Positions 1 to 9,579 of a stretch of 64,000 nt of DNA are shown here, piece after piece. Numbering within the stretch: position 1 is the first letter of the stretch; the number at the start of each line of letters is the position of its first letter. Below the pieces are notes generated by a model. That model had not been told where the DNA came from. It saw nothing but the letters and a program-made list of their open reading frames with translations, and did no database searches. This DNA is from an uncultured Lachnospiraceae bacterium (GTDB lineage: Bacteria > Bacillota > Clostridia > Lachnospirales > Lachnospiraceae), in the NCBI GenBank assembly GCA_947169235.1, contig CAMVOY010000001.1, positions 6,743 through 70,742 on the forward strand, in the 5' to 3' direction. A program made the position numbers and the translations under genes.

Positions 1-1722
1 GTTGTTCAGTATATTCAGGATGCACTGTTTTACGCGGATCTCATCACCGATCAAAAGGTGAGGTATCGTCTCATCAACGTCGATCTCAAATTTGAGATTT
101 TTTTCCTCGGCTTTTATGCTTATCATGTTTACGAGATCATTAAGTGCTGAACTCATTTCATATTCGACAGGGATGATCTCAAGCTTTCCGGCCTCTATCC
201 TCGAAAAGTCCAAAAGATCGTTAATAAGGCTGACCAGAGTTCTGCCCGATACCATGATATCATTTGCGTATTTTCGAATAGTCGGATCCTTTGATTCGCG
301 AAGGATCATTTCGTCCATGCCTAATACTGCATTTATAGGTGTGCGTATCTCGTGAGATACATTTGAAAGGAAGTTTGATTTGGCTTCGCTCGCCTTTTGA
401 GCAACCCGCAGATCTTCTCTGAGTTTCTGCTCCTCCTGCAGTCGTTCAATATAATCTATGACTTCATCAACGGTCGTAGCGAGGCTTTCATGCAGCACCT
501 GAACTTCGTCCTTTGTTTTTAAGGTGCGGCTTGTGATCTGAGAAGCCGCTGATTTTCTTTGCTCGAGAGAATCAGTTGCAAACTCACTCATTGCTAAGGA
601 CATACCTGCGATCGGAGCTATCATCCTACGCTCAAGCAGATAGTGCAGTAGCATGACTATAGGCATTACAATATTAAAAAGAAAGAGAATAAGCTTAATA
701 TCGAAAGCAAGTCCCTCAGCGTTCAAAACAAAGATCTCGGTTGTTCCGTCTTCATCACTGTCAAACGCACCAAGTCTGGTCCTGCTCATATACCAGTCGA
801 CTCTTTCTTTGATGTGATCTTCCAGTTTTTTTCTGTCTTCCTCGGACGGACCCGCAGCTGATCTTGAAACAGGAGCAGGAACATCTTTACTACCGTCTAT
901 TGAGCTTTCCGTGGAAGAGTTTGTCGAGGTTGAAGCCGGCTTTCTTGCAGGCTTAAACATAGCTGCACCGCCACTGACTCCGGGCCCCTGAGTTTCCACG
1001 ACTTCCCCGAGACCGGGTATAAGGGAGTTTGTTACCAAAGCGGAAAAAAAGCCAAGCACGAGAGCTTCGATGGCCAGTATCTGTATGATCTGTTTTCCCA
1101 AAGAACGTTTGGGCGCATGTTTAAGGTACTCATTGTACTCGTTATTTTTAATATGATTTTTGAAACGTCCGACAGGATAAATCCTGGTGCGTGATTCCGG
1201 AAGAAAGTTGAACTGAAGGTAAAGGATCACATATGCGATGATAATCTGGATAAGTATATCTGCCATACCAAGAAAATCAACGTTAGAAAATACATTTGAA
1301 AAGGTTCCTTCAGCCACGAGATGGTTGACGAAGAAGAATACGGAATTAAGGATGAAGCCTGAAATCAAGGCGCTTATAAGGGTCTTTGTAAGTGTTTTTA
1401 AAAACCCGTGATTGATACAAAACTCCAATATAATGATCATTACCAGGTGAAAGGTAAGCATGAATGCATCACCCGGAGACATGATGATGATCGGTATCAG
1501 GATCAAAGTGTAGGAGATCATGGCGCTCCTGATACCGTAGAGACCCTCGACAAAGATCAACGGGAAAGTATAAGCAATGGCAAGACTGAGTGTGGATAAC
1601 AAACCACCGAAGCTCTGACTCCAGCCGAAATGCATGTACGTAAACAAAAGAAAGGCTGAAAGCACAATGCATATTGCTTGAATCAGGTATGCGGATTTAC
1701 TTCTTTTATAAGTATAGGGCAT
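1..1722 (-). CDS. sensor histidine kinase, N-terminal ~574 aa (3' end runs off the window)
   Basis: Absent from the ORF track because it has no stop codon inside the window. My translation of the minus strand from ATG 1722 (RBS GGAGGA about 7 nt upstream) stays open to position 1. It has a polytopic N-terminus, then the H-box FLSNVSHEIRTPINAVLGMDEMILRES and the start of the ATPase N-box (GDEIRVKQCILNILNN). The + ORF 92..355 is its antisense shadow. It is a paralog of 11943..14774. Confidence 0.8.
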   Translation of the reverse strand, partial: MPYTYKRSKSAYLIQAICIVLSAFLLFTYMHFGWSQSFGGLLSTLSLAIAYTFPLIFVEGLYGIRSAMISYTLILIPIIIMSPGDAFMLTFHLVMIIILEFCINHGFLKTLTKTLISALISGFILNSVFFFVNHLVAEGTFSNVFSNVDFLGMADILIQIIIAYVILYLQFNFLPESRTRIYPVGRFKNHIKNNEYNEYLKHAPKRSLGKQIIQILAIEALVLGFFSALVTNSLIPGLGEVVETQGPGVSGGAAMFKPARKPASTSTNSSTESSIDGSKDVPAPVSRSAAGPSEEDRKKLEDHIKERVDWYMSRTRLGAFDSDEDGTTEIFVLNAEGLAFDIKLILFLFNIVMPIVMLLHYLLERRMIAPIAGMSLAMSEFATDSLEQRKSAASQITSRTLKTKDEVQVLHESLATTVDEVIDYIERLQEEQKLREDLRVAQKASEAKSNFLSNVSHEIRTPINAVLGMDEMILRESKDPTIRKYANDIMVSGRTLVSLINDLLDFSRIEAGKLEIIPVEYEMSSALNDLVNMISIKAEEKNLKFEIDVDETIPHLLIGDEIRVKQCILNILNN

Positions 1723-1759
1723 ATCGTATCCTCCGTAAGTGAAACAGGTGTTTATGTCA

Positions 1760-2152
1760 TCAGTCGTGGTTTAGCTTGCCATAAGCTTTTTCCCGGAAGG
1801 TTTTATTATCTATAATAAAGCGCTCGTGTGTGCCTGTGGCAATCTTTTCTTTTTCATCATATGCTTCGATACAAAATGTCAGCTTTCTCCGGTCGATGGA
1901 GGTGAGTTCAGTTTCGCAGCGCACAGTCATACCTACGGGAGTAGCGGCAATATGTGAAAGGTTCATATTGGTGCCGACCGTACCCTGATCAGTTTCCAGT
2001 TCATCAGCGACACTTTTCCACGCAGCCTCCTCCGCAAGGGCGATAAGTGCGGGAGTAGCCAGTACATCGAGTTCACCGCTTCCGATGATCTTTGCTGTCA
2101 TTTCCGAAGTGACGGTTTTTTTAATGCTTCCCTTGATTCCGGTTTCTATCAT
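1760..2152 (-). CDS. hotdog-fold thioesterase family protein
   Basis: 130-aa ORF with the size and pattern of small standalone thioesterases (..LATPALIALAEEAAW..HIAATPVGMTVRCE..). RBS GGAGAA precedes the ATG. Confidence 0.65.
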   Translation of the reverse strand: MIETGIKGSIKKTVTSEMTAKIIGSGELDVLATPALIALAEEAAWKSVADELETDQGTVGTNMNLSHIAATPVGMTVRCETELTSIDRRKLTFCIEAYDEKEKIATGTHERFIIDNKTFREKAYGKLNHD

Positions 2153-2287
2153 GGTAGTTCTCCTTTGGTGGTAAATATAAAAGAATTATACATCATTCAA
2201 ATGCGTATTTCAAGTGAAAATCATCTGTCGGAATGCCTGATATAGGGTATGAGAGGATGAAAAAATCAAAAAAATTTAAAAAAAGTG

Positions 2288-2344
2288 TTGACAATGGAAA
2301 ACTTGTGTGGTAGTATCAGCTTAACAAAACAATTGTGCACAAGT
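2288..2344 (+). promoter_or_regulatory. sigma-A type promoter with palindromic candidate OhrR operator
   Basis: TTGACA (2288-2293), 17 nt, TAGTAT (2311-2316). Downstream are overlapping perfect palindromes ACAATTGT (2329-2336) and TTGTGCACAA (2333-2342). There is also an inverted repeat ACTTGTG (2301-2307) / CACAAGT (2338-2344). Confidence 0.55.
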
Positions 2345-2374
2345 AAATGGCGCAAAAACAAAAGGAGAGTTGAC

Positions 2375-2839
2375 ATGAGTAAAACGGATGGTGGATATGA
2401 GTCTCTGAAGCTTTGCAACCAGGTGTGTTTTCCGCTGTATGCCTGCTCGAAGGAGTTGGTGAGACAGTACACTCCATACTTAAAGAAGCTTGATCTGACC
2501 TATACTCAGTATCTGGTCATGATGGTCCTGTGGGAGAGGGAGGAAGTATCGTCGAGAGAGCTCGCCGAGTGCCTTCATCTGGACTACGGGACATTGACAC
2601 CGGTACTGAAGAGATTGGAAAAATCTGAGCTTCTTGAGAGGCAGAGAATGGAAAAAGACGAGAGACTGCTTGCGATAAGGATCACCAAACAGGGGAAAGA
2701 ATTACAAAAAAAAGCGGTTGATATCCCGATATCCATGGCATCATGTATAGGACTTACGAAAAAGGAATTTGAAACGCTCTATCAGCTTACCTACAAGGCA
2801 CTAAGTAATATGGAAAACAATAACAAAAAGGGGGAATGA
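2375..2839 (+). CDS. ohrR: MarR-family organic-peroxide-sensing repressor (OhrR-like)
   Basis: Start at ATG 2375 behind AAGGAGAG, in frame with track ORF 2285. KLCNQVCFPLYA...LTYTQYLVMMVLWE...GTLTPVLKRLE..DERLL matches the OhrR pattern, including the N-terminal sensing Cys. Confidence 0.8.
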   Translation: MSKTDGGYESLKLCNQVCFPLYACSKELVRQYTPYLKKLDLTYTQYLVMMVLWEREEVSSRELAECLHLDYGTLTPVLKRLEKSELLERQRMEKDERLLAIRITKQGKELQKKAVDIPISMASCIGLTKKEFETLYQLTYKALSNMENNNKKGE

Positions 2840-2841
2840 AC

Positions 2842-3390
2842 ATGGCAACAGTATATGATTTCAAGGTGAAGGACAGATCAGGAAATGAAGTTAGTATCGG
2901 TGATTACAACGGAAAAGTGCTTCTTGTTGTAAACACAGCTACAGGATGTGGATTCACTCCGCACTACGAACCTCTCGAGTCAATGTATGACGAGCTTAAG
3001 GACAAGGGATTTGAGATTCTCGATTTCCCGTGCAACCAGTTTGCCGGACAGGCTCCGGGATCGGATGAGGAGATCCATGAGTTTTGTACATTAAAGTACG
3101 GAACGGAGTTTCCGCAGTTTTCAAAGATTGACGTAAATGGTGATGATGCCGATCCGCTCTTTGTTTATCTGGCCGGCGAGAAGCCCTTTGAGGGATTTGG
3201 AAAGGGCATGAAGGCAAAAGCGATGAACAAGTTCACCAAGATGAACAACAAAAAATACGGAGACAAGGCATATATCATGTGGAACTTCACGAAGTTTCTG
3301 GTAGACAGAAACGGAAATGTGGTTGCAAGATTTGAGCCTACCGTGGATATGGAAGATGTAAGAAAAGCAGTTGAAGAATTAGTGGGGTAG
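2842..3390 (+). CDS. glutathione peroxidase-family thiol peroxidase
   Basis: NTATGCGFT...FPCNQF...WNFTKFLVDRNG motifs. The track start 2836 abuts the RBS GGGGGA, so ATG 2842 has better spacing. Confidence 0.9.
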   Translation: MATVYDFKVKDRSGNEVSIGDYNGKVLLVVNTATGCGFTPHYEPLESMYDELKDKGFEILDFPCNQFAGQAPGSDEEIHEFCTLKYGTEFPQFSKIDVNGDDADPLFVYLAGEKPFEGFGKGMKAKAMNKFTKMNNKKYGDKAYIMWNFTKFLVDRNGNVVARFEPTVDMEDVRKAVEELVG

Positions 3391-3394
3391 AAGT

Positions 3395-4258
3395 ATGAAT
3401 AATAACCGCTTTGATATCGCGATCATAGGATGCGGACCTGCCGGAGTATCGGCAGCGATCACGGCTAAGATCAGGAATAAATCAGTTCTTTTGATAGGTG
3501 ATGAGATCAGCACTAAGGTGGGAAAAGCACATGAGATCAAGAATTATCCGGGACTTCCGGATATCACCGGAGAGGACCTGGCTGGAGCATTTTTATCACA
3601 TCTGAAAAAGATGGAGATCGACATCACAAAGAAACGTGTAAGCACTGTGTATGCGATGGGTGAATATTTCGCGATACAGGCGGATGAGGAAATGCTCGAG
3701 GCAGACAGCCTCATACTTGCTACCGGCATCGTGACCGGGAAATCACTTCCGGGTGAGGACGAGCTACTGGGTCGGGGTGTGAGCTACTGTGCCACATGCG
3801 ATGCATCACTGTATCGCGGAAAGTCGGCGATCGTCATCGGTTACAGTAAAAAGGAAGAGAGAGAGGCTGCTTTTCTCTCAGAGGTCTGCAGTGAGGTCAG
3901 GTATATCCCTGTTTATAAGGACGAAACCGAGCTGCCGGATAAAGTCAGTGTGGTGAAAGAGCAGGTAAAGGAAATCCGTTCCGACGGAGACAAACGCATC
4001 GTAGTCACATCAGAGAGAGAGTACGAAGCAGATGGAGTCTTCGTACTGAGAGACGCGATCGCGCCTGACAGGCTGGTTCCGGGACTTGAGACGGACGGAG
4101 GACATGTGGTAGTCGACCGTCATATGAAGACAAATCTTGACGGAGTATTTGCCTGTGGAGATATCACCGGAACACCGTATCAATATATAAAGGCTGCCGG
4201 TGAAGGTAATGTAGCAGCGCTTGAAGCAGTAAAGTATCTGGATAAAAAAAGAAAGTGA
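3395..4258 (+). CDS. thioredoxin-reductase-like flavoprotein lacking the NADPH-binding signature
   Basis: FAD motif GCGPAG and redox-active CATC are present. The second dinucleotide motif reads VIGYSKKEEREA where GGGxSAxEEA is expected, and no HRR motif is seen. Confidence 0.8.
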   Translation: MNNNRFDIAIIGCGPAGVSAAITAKIRNKSVLLIGDEISTKVGKAHEIKNYPGLPDITGEDLAGAFLSHLKKMEIDITKKRVSTVYAMGEYFAIQADEEMLEADSLILATGIVTGKSLPGEDELLGRGVSYCATCDASLYRGKSAIVIGYSKKEEREAAFLSEVCSEVRYIPVYKDETELPDKVSVVKEQVKEIRSDGDKRIVVTSEREYEADGVFVLRDAIAPDRLVPGLETDGGHVVVDRHMKTNLDGVFACGDITGTPYQYIKAAGEGNVAALEAVKYLDKKRK

Positions 4259-4268
4259 GGATGAGGCT

Positions 4269-4583
4269 ATGGTAAAGAAGGTAAATGCAGAGCAGTTTGA
4301 AAACGAAGCAAAAAAAAGTGAAGTAGCGGTTGTGGATTTCTCAGCAACATGGTGCGGACCGTGCCAGATGCTGGCGCCGGTACTCGAGCAGGTCAGCTCA
4401 TCATTGGGTGACCGGGTTGACTTTTACAACGTTGATGTAGATGACGCACCGGAGTTGGCGGGAGAGTATAAGGTACAGTCGGTTCCGTGTCTGATACTCA
4501 TGAAAAACGGAGAGTTGGTTGATCAATCCGTCGGTTTCAAACCGGAACCTGCGATCACAGGATGGATCGAGAGCCATCTTTAA
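4269..4583 (+). CDS. trxA: thioredoxin
   Basis: 104 aa with the WCGPC active site. Confidence 0.95.
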   Translation: MVKKVNAEQFENEAKKSEVAVVDFSATWCGPCQMLAPVLEQVSSSLGDRVDFYNVDVDDAPELAGEYKVQSVPCLILMKNGELVDQSVGFKPEPAITGWIESHL

Positions 4584-4605
4584 GATCAGATTTTATGACC
4601 ATGAT

Positions 4606-4634
4606 AAAAGCCTTGCAAAAGCAGGGCTTTTTTC
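4606..4634 (+). terminator. rho-independent terminator after trxA
   Basis: Stem AGCCTTGC / GCAGGGCT with loop AAAA, followed by a T-run. Confidence 0.7.
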
Positions 4635-4641
4635 GTATAAT
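4613..4641 (+). promoter_or_regulatory. candidate promoter for the GGDEF gene
   Basis: TTGCAA (4613-4618), 17 nt, TATAAT (4636-4641). It overlaps the trxA terminator. Confidence 0.45.
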
Positions 4642-4714
4642 GAATAATAGGTTTTACTCTTGACAGATGGTTCAAACGGGACGATCTCAAAGGATGACAG
4701 TATCGGAGGTGCCT

Positions 4715-6118
4715 ATGGATTTTCAAAAAGTCGTTGACAGTATGGGAGCTATGACGTGTATCGTTTCCGTAGAAAAACTCGAGGGTGACAGATACGGAAA
4801 GATCAGGATAGTTGCGGGCAACAAGGCATATGTGGAATCCATCGAGACCCCTGCACCCGGTACCGAGATGCTCACCGACAAGTTTGTTCCCAACATGGAA
4901 TACACTACCTATCTTACCAGAGACCTGAACTTCGAAGATTATTGTTACCGCGCTGCGGTTCAGAAAAAATGTCTGCATTCCTATGTTCATCCCGACAGGA
5001 TGAACGTATGGTTTAACATGAGTTTTTTGCCCCTTCTTCCAGATGATGGAAACATCTGCTATTGTCTGTACATGATGGAGATCAATTTCGAGCCGAACTC
5101 GGAGCACATGTCAAATATCTCCGGAGAGATGGCTTCCGCGGTTCTCGAGACCACCATAAAGCTTCGTGGAACTGATGATTTCAGGTCGACTATAAAGGAT
5201 GTTGTTGCCGATATCAGAGATATGTGTGATGCGGAGCATTGTTGTATACTTGCGATGAATGAGTATGACAGATCATGTGAGGTGCTCGGAGAGGCGTTTT
5301 CTGATGGAACGAATTTGAAATCCATGGATGAATACCTGGAAGGATTTTATGACATAGCGGAGTCATGGGAGGATACCATAGCAGGCAGCAACTGTCTTAT
5401 AGTGAAAAATGAACAGGACATGGAGGTTGTTAAGGAGCGAAATCCGGTTTGGCATAAGTCGCTCACCGATGCGGGAGGAAAGTCGATCGTTTTGTTCCCT
5501 CTCAAATCCAGAAACCAGCTTCTCGGATATATGTGGGCTATCAACTTTGATGCGGACAATGCGGTAACAATAAAAGAAACGCTTGAGCTGACCACGTTCA
5601 TCTTGGGATCTGAGCTCGGAAACTATCTCCTTCTTGACCGATTAAAAATACTCAGTTCGAGAGATCTGTTGACCGGTGTACTTAATCGTAATGAGATGAA
5701 CAACTATGTTGACAGCATGAGTGAGGGCGAGGAGTATTCCGGCTCTGTAGGGGTATGCTTTGCCGACTTAAACGGACTTAAAAAGGTCAATGACGAAGAG
5801 GGCCATCCTGCAGGTGATGCGCTGCTAAAAGATGCTGCAAAGGCTCTGTGTGAAGTGTTTGATGAGTCGGAGATATTCCGTGCCGGAGGAGATGAGTTCT
5901 CTATCATCGTAAGGGGAATAACATCAGAAGAGCTGGACAAAAAGATAGAGCGTGTACGTCAGGTTTCTATCCATTATGATAAGGTATCATTTGCACTGGG
6001 CGGCAGTGTTGAGCAGGACTGCAGGAATGTACGTCAGGCACTTCGAAACGCGGATGTAAACATGTATGAGGATAAGAAACGATACTATAATGAGTTTCCT
6101 GATCGTAAGCACAGATAA
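4715..6118 (+). CDS. diguanylate cyclase (GGDEF) with N-terminal sensory domains
   Basis: C-terminal LLTGVLNRNE...GDALLK...FRAGGDEFSII. Start at ATG 4715 behind GGAGGTG, in frame with track ORF 4667. Confidence 0.85.
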   Translation: MDFQKVVDSMGAMTCIVSVEKLEGDRYGKIRIVAGNKAYVESIETPAPGTEMLTDKFVPNMEYTTYLTRDLNFEDYCYRAAVQKKCLHSYVHPDRMNVWFNMSFLPLLPDDGNICYCLYMMEINFEPNSEHMSNISGEMASAVLETTIKLRGTDDFRSTIKDVVADIRDMCDAEHCCILAMNEYDRSCEVLGEAFSDGTNLKSMDEYLEGFYDIAESWEDTIAGSNCLIVKNEQDMEVVKERNPVWHKSLTDAGGKSIVLFPLKSRNQLLGYMWAINFDADNAVTIKETLELTTFILGSELGNYLLLDRLKILSSRDLLTGVLNRNEMNNYVDSMSEGEEYSGSVGVCFADLNGLKKVNDEEGHPAGDALLKDAAKALCEVFDESEIFRAGGDEFSIIVRGITSEELDKKIERVRQVSIHYDKVSFALGGSVEQDCRNVRQALRNADVNMYEDKKRYYNEFPDRKHR

Positions 6119-6129
6119 TCATATTCTTC

Positions 6130-6160
6130 AAAAAGCCCCGTATGTACAGGGCTTTTTGTT
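6130..6160 (+). terminator. rho-independent terminator
   Basis: AAAAGCCC ... GGGCTTTTT hairpin with a T-run. Confidence 0.7.
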
Positions 6161-6166
6161 TGTTTC

Positions 6167-6195
6167 TTGACAGGCTAATACTCGTTTGCTATAAT
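6167..6195 (+). promoter_or_regulatory. consensus sigma-A promoter
   Basis: TTGACA (6167-6172), 17 nt, TATAAT (6190-6195). Confidence 0.65.
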
Positions 6196-6266
6196 ATGGC
6201 TGATTGATGATAACCCGATAGGAATGATCGGAAGGAAGGATAAAACCTGACTTTGGAGGAATAAAC

Positions 6267-6857
6267 ATGTCAACAAAAGAAAAAATACTTGACTCGGCAT
6301 TGACTCTTTTTTCGAGAAACGGATACAGCGGGACGAGCGTGGAACAGATAGCAGAGAGAGTCGGCATCAAAGCGCCGTCTCTGTACAAGCATTTCAAAGG
6401 AAAGGCTGATATCCTGAACACTCTCATAGATGTTGTGAATGAACGTTATGATGAGCTCTTCGGATCTGAGGATCATACCGGTGAAATCCCGGACAGTATC
6501 GAATCATTTATTACAGATACCATGGGCAGAATAGACTTTACGATGCATGATCCTATGGTGGTCAGAACGCGCAAGATGGTTGTTCAGGAGCAGTTCAGAA
6601 ATGAGCATCTCGCTGAGACCGCAAGCAAGCATCAGCTGCACGGTATCCAGAGAATGTACACCAGAATATTGAAAGAAATGATGGACAAGGGTATATTTAA
6701 AAAAGATGATCCGGAGCTTATGGCGATGGAGATCACCGCACCGGTCGTTCTGTATCTGGCGCAGGTTGACAGACAGCCTAAAACAGAAAAAACGGCAGTT
6801 AAAAATATAGAGAGACATTTAAGACATTTTTGTGAAACTTATAAAGGGGAAAAATGA
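6267..6857 (+). CDS. TetR/AcrR family transcriptional regulator
   Basis: N-terminal HTH ILDSALTLFSRNGYSGTSVEQIAERVGIKAPSLYKHF. RBS GGAGGA. Confidence 0.9.
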   Translation: MSTKEKILDSALTLFSRNGYSGTSVEQIAERVGIKAPSLYKHFKGKADILNTLIDVVNERYDELFGSEDHTGEIPDSIESFITDTMGRIDFTMHDPMVVRTRKMVVQEQFRNEHLAETASKHQLHGIQRMYTRILKEMMDKGIFKKDDPELMAMEITAPVVLYLAQVDRQPKTEKTAVKNIERHLRHFCETYKGEK

Positions 6858-8191
6858 TCAACAAAGCATTTGGCAGAGTAGGAGCGCTTGCCTTGGCATT
6901 GCTTCTTACCGCATGTGGTACGGCGACCGATCTTGAGGTTTCATCTGCACCGGCGGATACAACCAAGCCTGCCGGAGGTATAGATGCTCCGGGCTTTGAG
7001 CGCACCATGATGAATGCGGAGCGTGAGGCGAGTGGAGAAAAATATGTCCACGGTGAGGAAGGATACTTTATGCTTTCTGATGAGGGAGCTGATCTGGAAT
7101 TAAAAATGCAAAAAGGTCAGCGGACCGGTTGGGTTTACGCTGCGTCCACATCCATGGAGAGTGCTGCTTATCTGAAAGAAGGAAAACAGATAAAGATAGA
7201 TCCTTTTGTTATCCTCAATGCTGTTTACGGGGACGAAAAAGAAGAGGGGTATTTTTCCGAATCAAATAATAATCTTGTTGTGAGTGGTCACGGACGCTAT
7301 GTGGCAGCAACCCTTTCAAACGGATTTTGTGTGGATACAGAGGATTCGAACGAAAGTGATTCGGGGTTTCGCGTGCTTACTGCGGCAAGAAACTTAGAAG
7401 ACCTAAGTCCGGATCAGATCAAAGAAGCGATAAAAACTCATGGAGCCATGACTATGGGAATAAAGGAAACCCATAACGGCAGAGGATTTAACGACGGTTA
7501 TTTTACTCAGTATGATAAGAATAATATTGATGATCATATAGTTGCGATCGTAGGATGGGATGACTGTTTCCCCAAGGAAATATTTGCGAAAACTCACTTT
7601 GTTGAAACACCTTCGCAGGACGGAGGATGGATAGTTCAGGACTCACTCATAGGTTCTGATTACGTGTATATTTCTTATGATACGGAGCTTAAGGATAACT
7701 ATATTTTTGAGAGCTCTGATGAGTATGGTTTTGTAGAATCCTACGATTCGGGAAATGAAAAAACTATTAAAACAAAAGATGCAACCACTCTTGCAAATGT
7801 ATTTCACAAAAAAGGAACGCTGAAGGGTGTCGGGACATTTTTCTCGGAGAATGGAGAAAGTATCAGAATAAGAATAGTTGATGAGAAATCCGGGACAGTC
7901 CTCCACGAGCAGACTGCGGAAGAACAGATAAAGGGTTATTATGTGATCCCGCTTGATAAAGAGGTAAAGGTTTCAGATTATCGTATTGAGATCACATACG
8001 CCGCAGGGGCGCCTGTGGAAGGGGAGAAGTGGTCTGACGGTCATATCAGATACAGTCCGAAAAGCAGTAAGGGACAGTCGTTTGTGAAGCTCGGGAAAAA
8101 ATGGTATGACCTTGCGGATAAAGGAACGAAAAAAAGACTTGGACTCGATTACACCCCGAATAACGCGTGTATCAAAGCACTTTATTCTTAA
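6854..8191 (+). CDS. lipoprotein with papain-like (C1) peptidase fold, probably catalytically inactive
   Basis: Lipobox LLLTAC. C1-like blocks are MQKGQRTGWVYAASTSMES, DDHIVAIVGWDD and GGWIVQDSLIG. Its start overlaps the TetR stop (ATGA). Confidence 0.65.
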   Translation: MINKAFGRVGALALALLLTACGTATDLEVSSAPADTTKPAGGIDAPGFERTMMNAEREASGEKYVHGEEGYFMLSDEGADLELKMQKGQRTGWVYAASTSMESAAYLKEGKQIKIDPFVILNAVYGDEKEEGYFSESNNNLVVSGHGRYVAATLSNGFCVDTEDSNESDSGFRVLTAARNLEDLSPDQIKEAIKTHGAMTMGIKETHNGRGFNDGYFTQYDKNNIDDHIVAIVGWDDCFPKEIFAKTHFVETPSQDGGWIVQDSLIGSDYVYISYDTELKDNYIFESSDEYGFVESYDSGNEKTIKTKDATTLANVFHKKGTLKGVGTFFSENGESIRIRIVDEKSGTVLHEQTAEEQIKGYYVIPLDKEVKVSDYRIEITYAAGAPVEGEKWSDGHIRYSPKSSKGQSFVKLGKKWYDLADKGTKKRLGLDYTPNNACIKALYS

Positions 8192-8282
8192 GGACTATTT
8201 AATAATTTAGATGTTAGAATTCCTCATGTCACAAAGGTAATGACAACTCTTTCAGTAAGTAGTTGTGAAATGGGGGATTAAA

Positions 8283-9548
8283 ATGAAAAGTGAAATCATG
8301 GAGAATGTAGAAGCTAAAAAGAGCAATTTCGGGAAGTTTATGCTTCTGTGGGCCGGTGAGCTGGTATCTTCGATAGGAGGAGGGTTGACCAGCTTCGGAC
8401 TCGGTGTATATGTTTTTAATCAGACGGGAAGCGCGGCCGGGATGGCACTGATAACGCTGCTCGGATTCCTGCCGACTTTTATATTCAGTGTGCCGGCAGG
8501 TGTCCTCGCTGACAGATATGACAGACGTGTGCTCATGATGATAGGAGACGGATTTTCGGCTCTCGGTATCATCTACATCCTGATATGCATGATGCAGGGT
8601 GAGTGCGCTATATGGCAGATAGGTATAGGTGTTTTTATCAGCTCGACATTTCAGGCATTGCTTGAGCCTGCTTATCGTGCCACGGTTACCGACCTTTTGA
8701 CCAAGGAGGAGTTTTCCAGAGCAAACGGTCTTGTAAGTATCGCGGGGAACTCACGATACCTGATCTCTCCGCTTATCGCAGGACTTCTTCTGAGTTTCAG
8801 TGATGTGAAGCTCTTGATGGTGATCGATATCTGTACATTTTTCCTGACGGTGACGTCAACCTTTGTTGTAAAAAAAGGGATTGAGACAAAAAAAGAAGGT
8901 GAAAAAGAAGGCTTTCTCGAGAGTTTCAAATCCGGATGGCAGGCAGTACATGGCAGACGCGGTGTATGGATCCTGATCCTGGTCTCATCAGCGATAACGT
9001 TGTTTATGGGAATGTTTCAGATACTTGCCGAGCCTATGATTCTCGCGTTTTCGGATGCAAAGACTCTCGGTATCACGGAAACCGTGTGCGCAAGCGGAAT
9101 GATGGTTTCAAGTATATTTTTGGGGATTATCGGGATAAAAAAGAACTATGTAAAAATACTCTCGATATCACTGGCTATAGCCGGGCTTTTTATTTTTGGT
9201 TTTGGTTTGTGGGAAAACATATATTTAATTGTGATGTTCGGTTTCGGATTTTTCCTTATGTTACCGTTACCGAACAACTGCCTGGATTATCTGGTCAGGA
9301 CAAATATTCCCGATGAACTCCAGGGTCGAGCCTGGGGATTTATAGGGTTTATCTCAAAGATAGGATACCTGATAGCATTTGGTGTTTCCGGCCTGATCTC
9401 TGATTTTCTCGGAGATATGCTAAAGATCGGTGTTGGCCGCGGCGCAGCTTTGGTAGTACAGAGTGCCGGAGTGCTCATGATAATCATCGCGCTTGTCATA
9501 CTGAGATTAAAGAGTGTCAGGGAACTGGAGAGCAAACATCAGGGATAA
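8283..9548 (+). CDS. MFS transporter (efflux type)
   Basis: About 12 hydrophobic spans, with the LADRYDRR loop motif. ATG 8283 lies behind GGGGGA. Confidence 0.85.
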   Translation: MKSEIMENVEAKKSNFGKFMLLWAGELVSSIGGGLTSFGLGVYVFNQTGSAAGMALITLLGFLPTFIFSVPAGVLADRYDRRVLMMIGDGFSALGIIYILICMMQGECAIWQIGIGVFISSTFQALLEPAYRATVTDLLTKEEFSRANGLVSIAGNSRYLISPLIAGLLLSFSDVKLLMVIDICTFFLTVTSTFVVKKGIETKKEGEKEGFLESFKSGWQAVHGRRGVWILILVSSAITLFMGMFQILAEPMILAFSDAKTLGITETVCASGMMVSSIFLGIIGIKKNYVKILSISLAIAGLFIFGFGLWENIYLIVMFGFGFFLMLPLPNNCLDYLVRTNIPDELQGRAWGFIGFISKIGYLIAFGVSGLISDFLGDMLKIGVGRGAALVVQSAGVLMIIIALVILRLKSVRELESKHQG

Positions 9549-9579
9549 TCTGTCAGTGTTGATAAAAAAGGAGAAAAAA

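Noticed and set aside
92-355. 87-aa + strand ORF at the left edge
   Set aside because: It is the antisense shadow of the minus-strand histidine kinase. Its C-terminus ..FIGVRIS is the mirror of the H-box, exactly as ORF 13001-13183 mirrors the kinase at 11943-14774.
4586-5107. 173-aa minus-strand ORF overlapping the GGDEF gene
   Set aside because: It lies wholly antisense to a well-supported CDS. It has no RBS and a low-complexity, odd composition.
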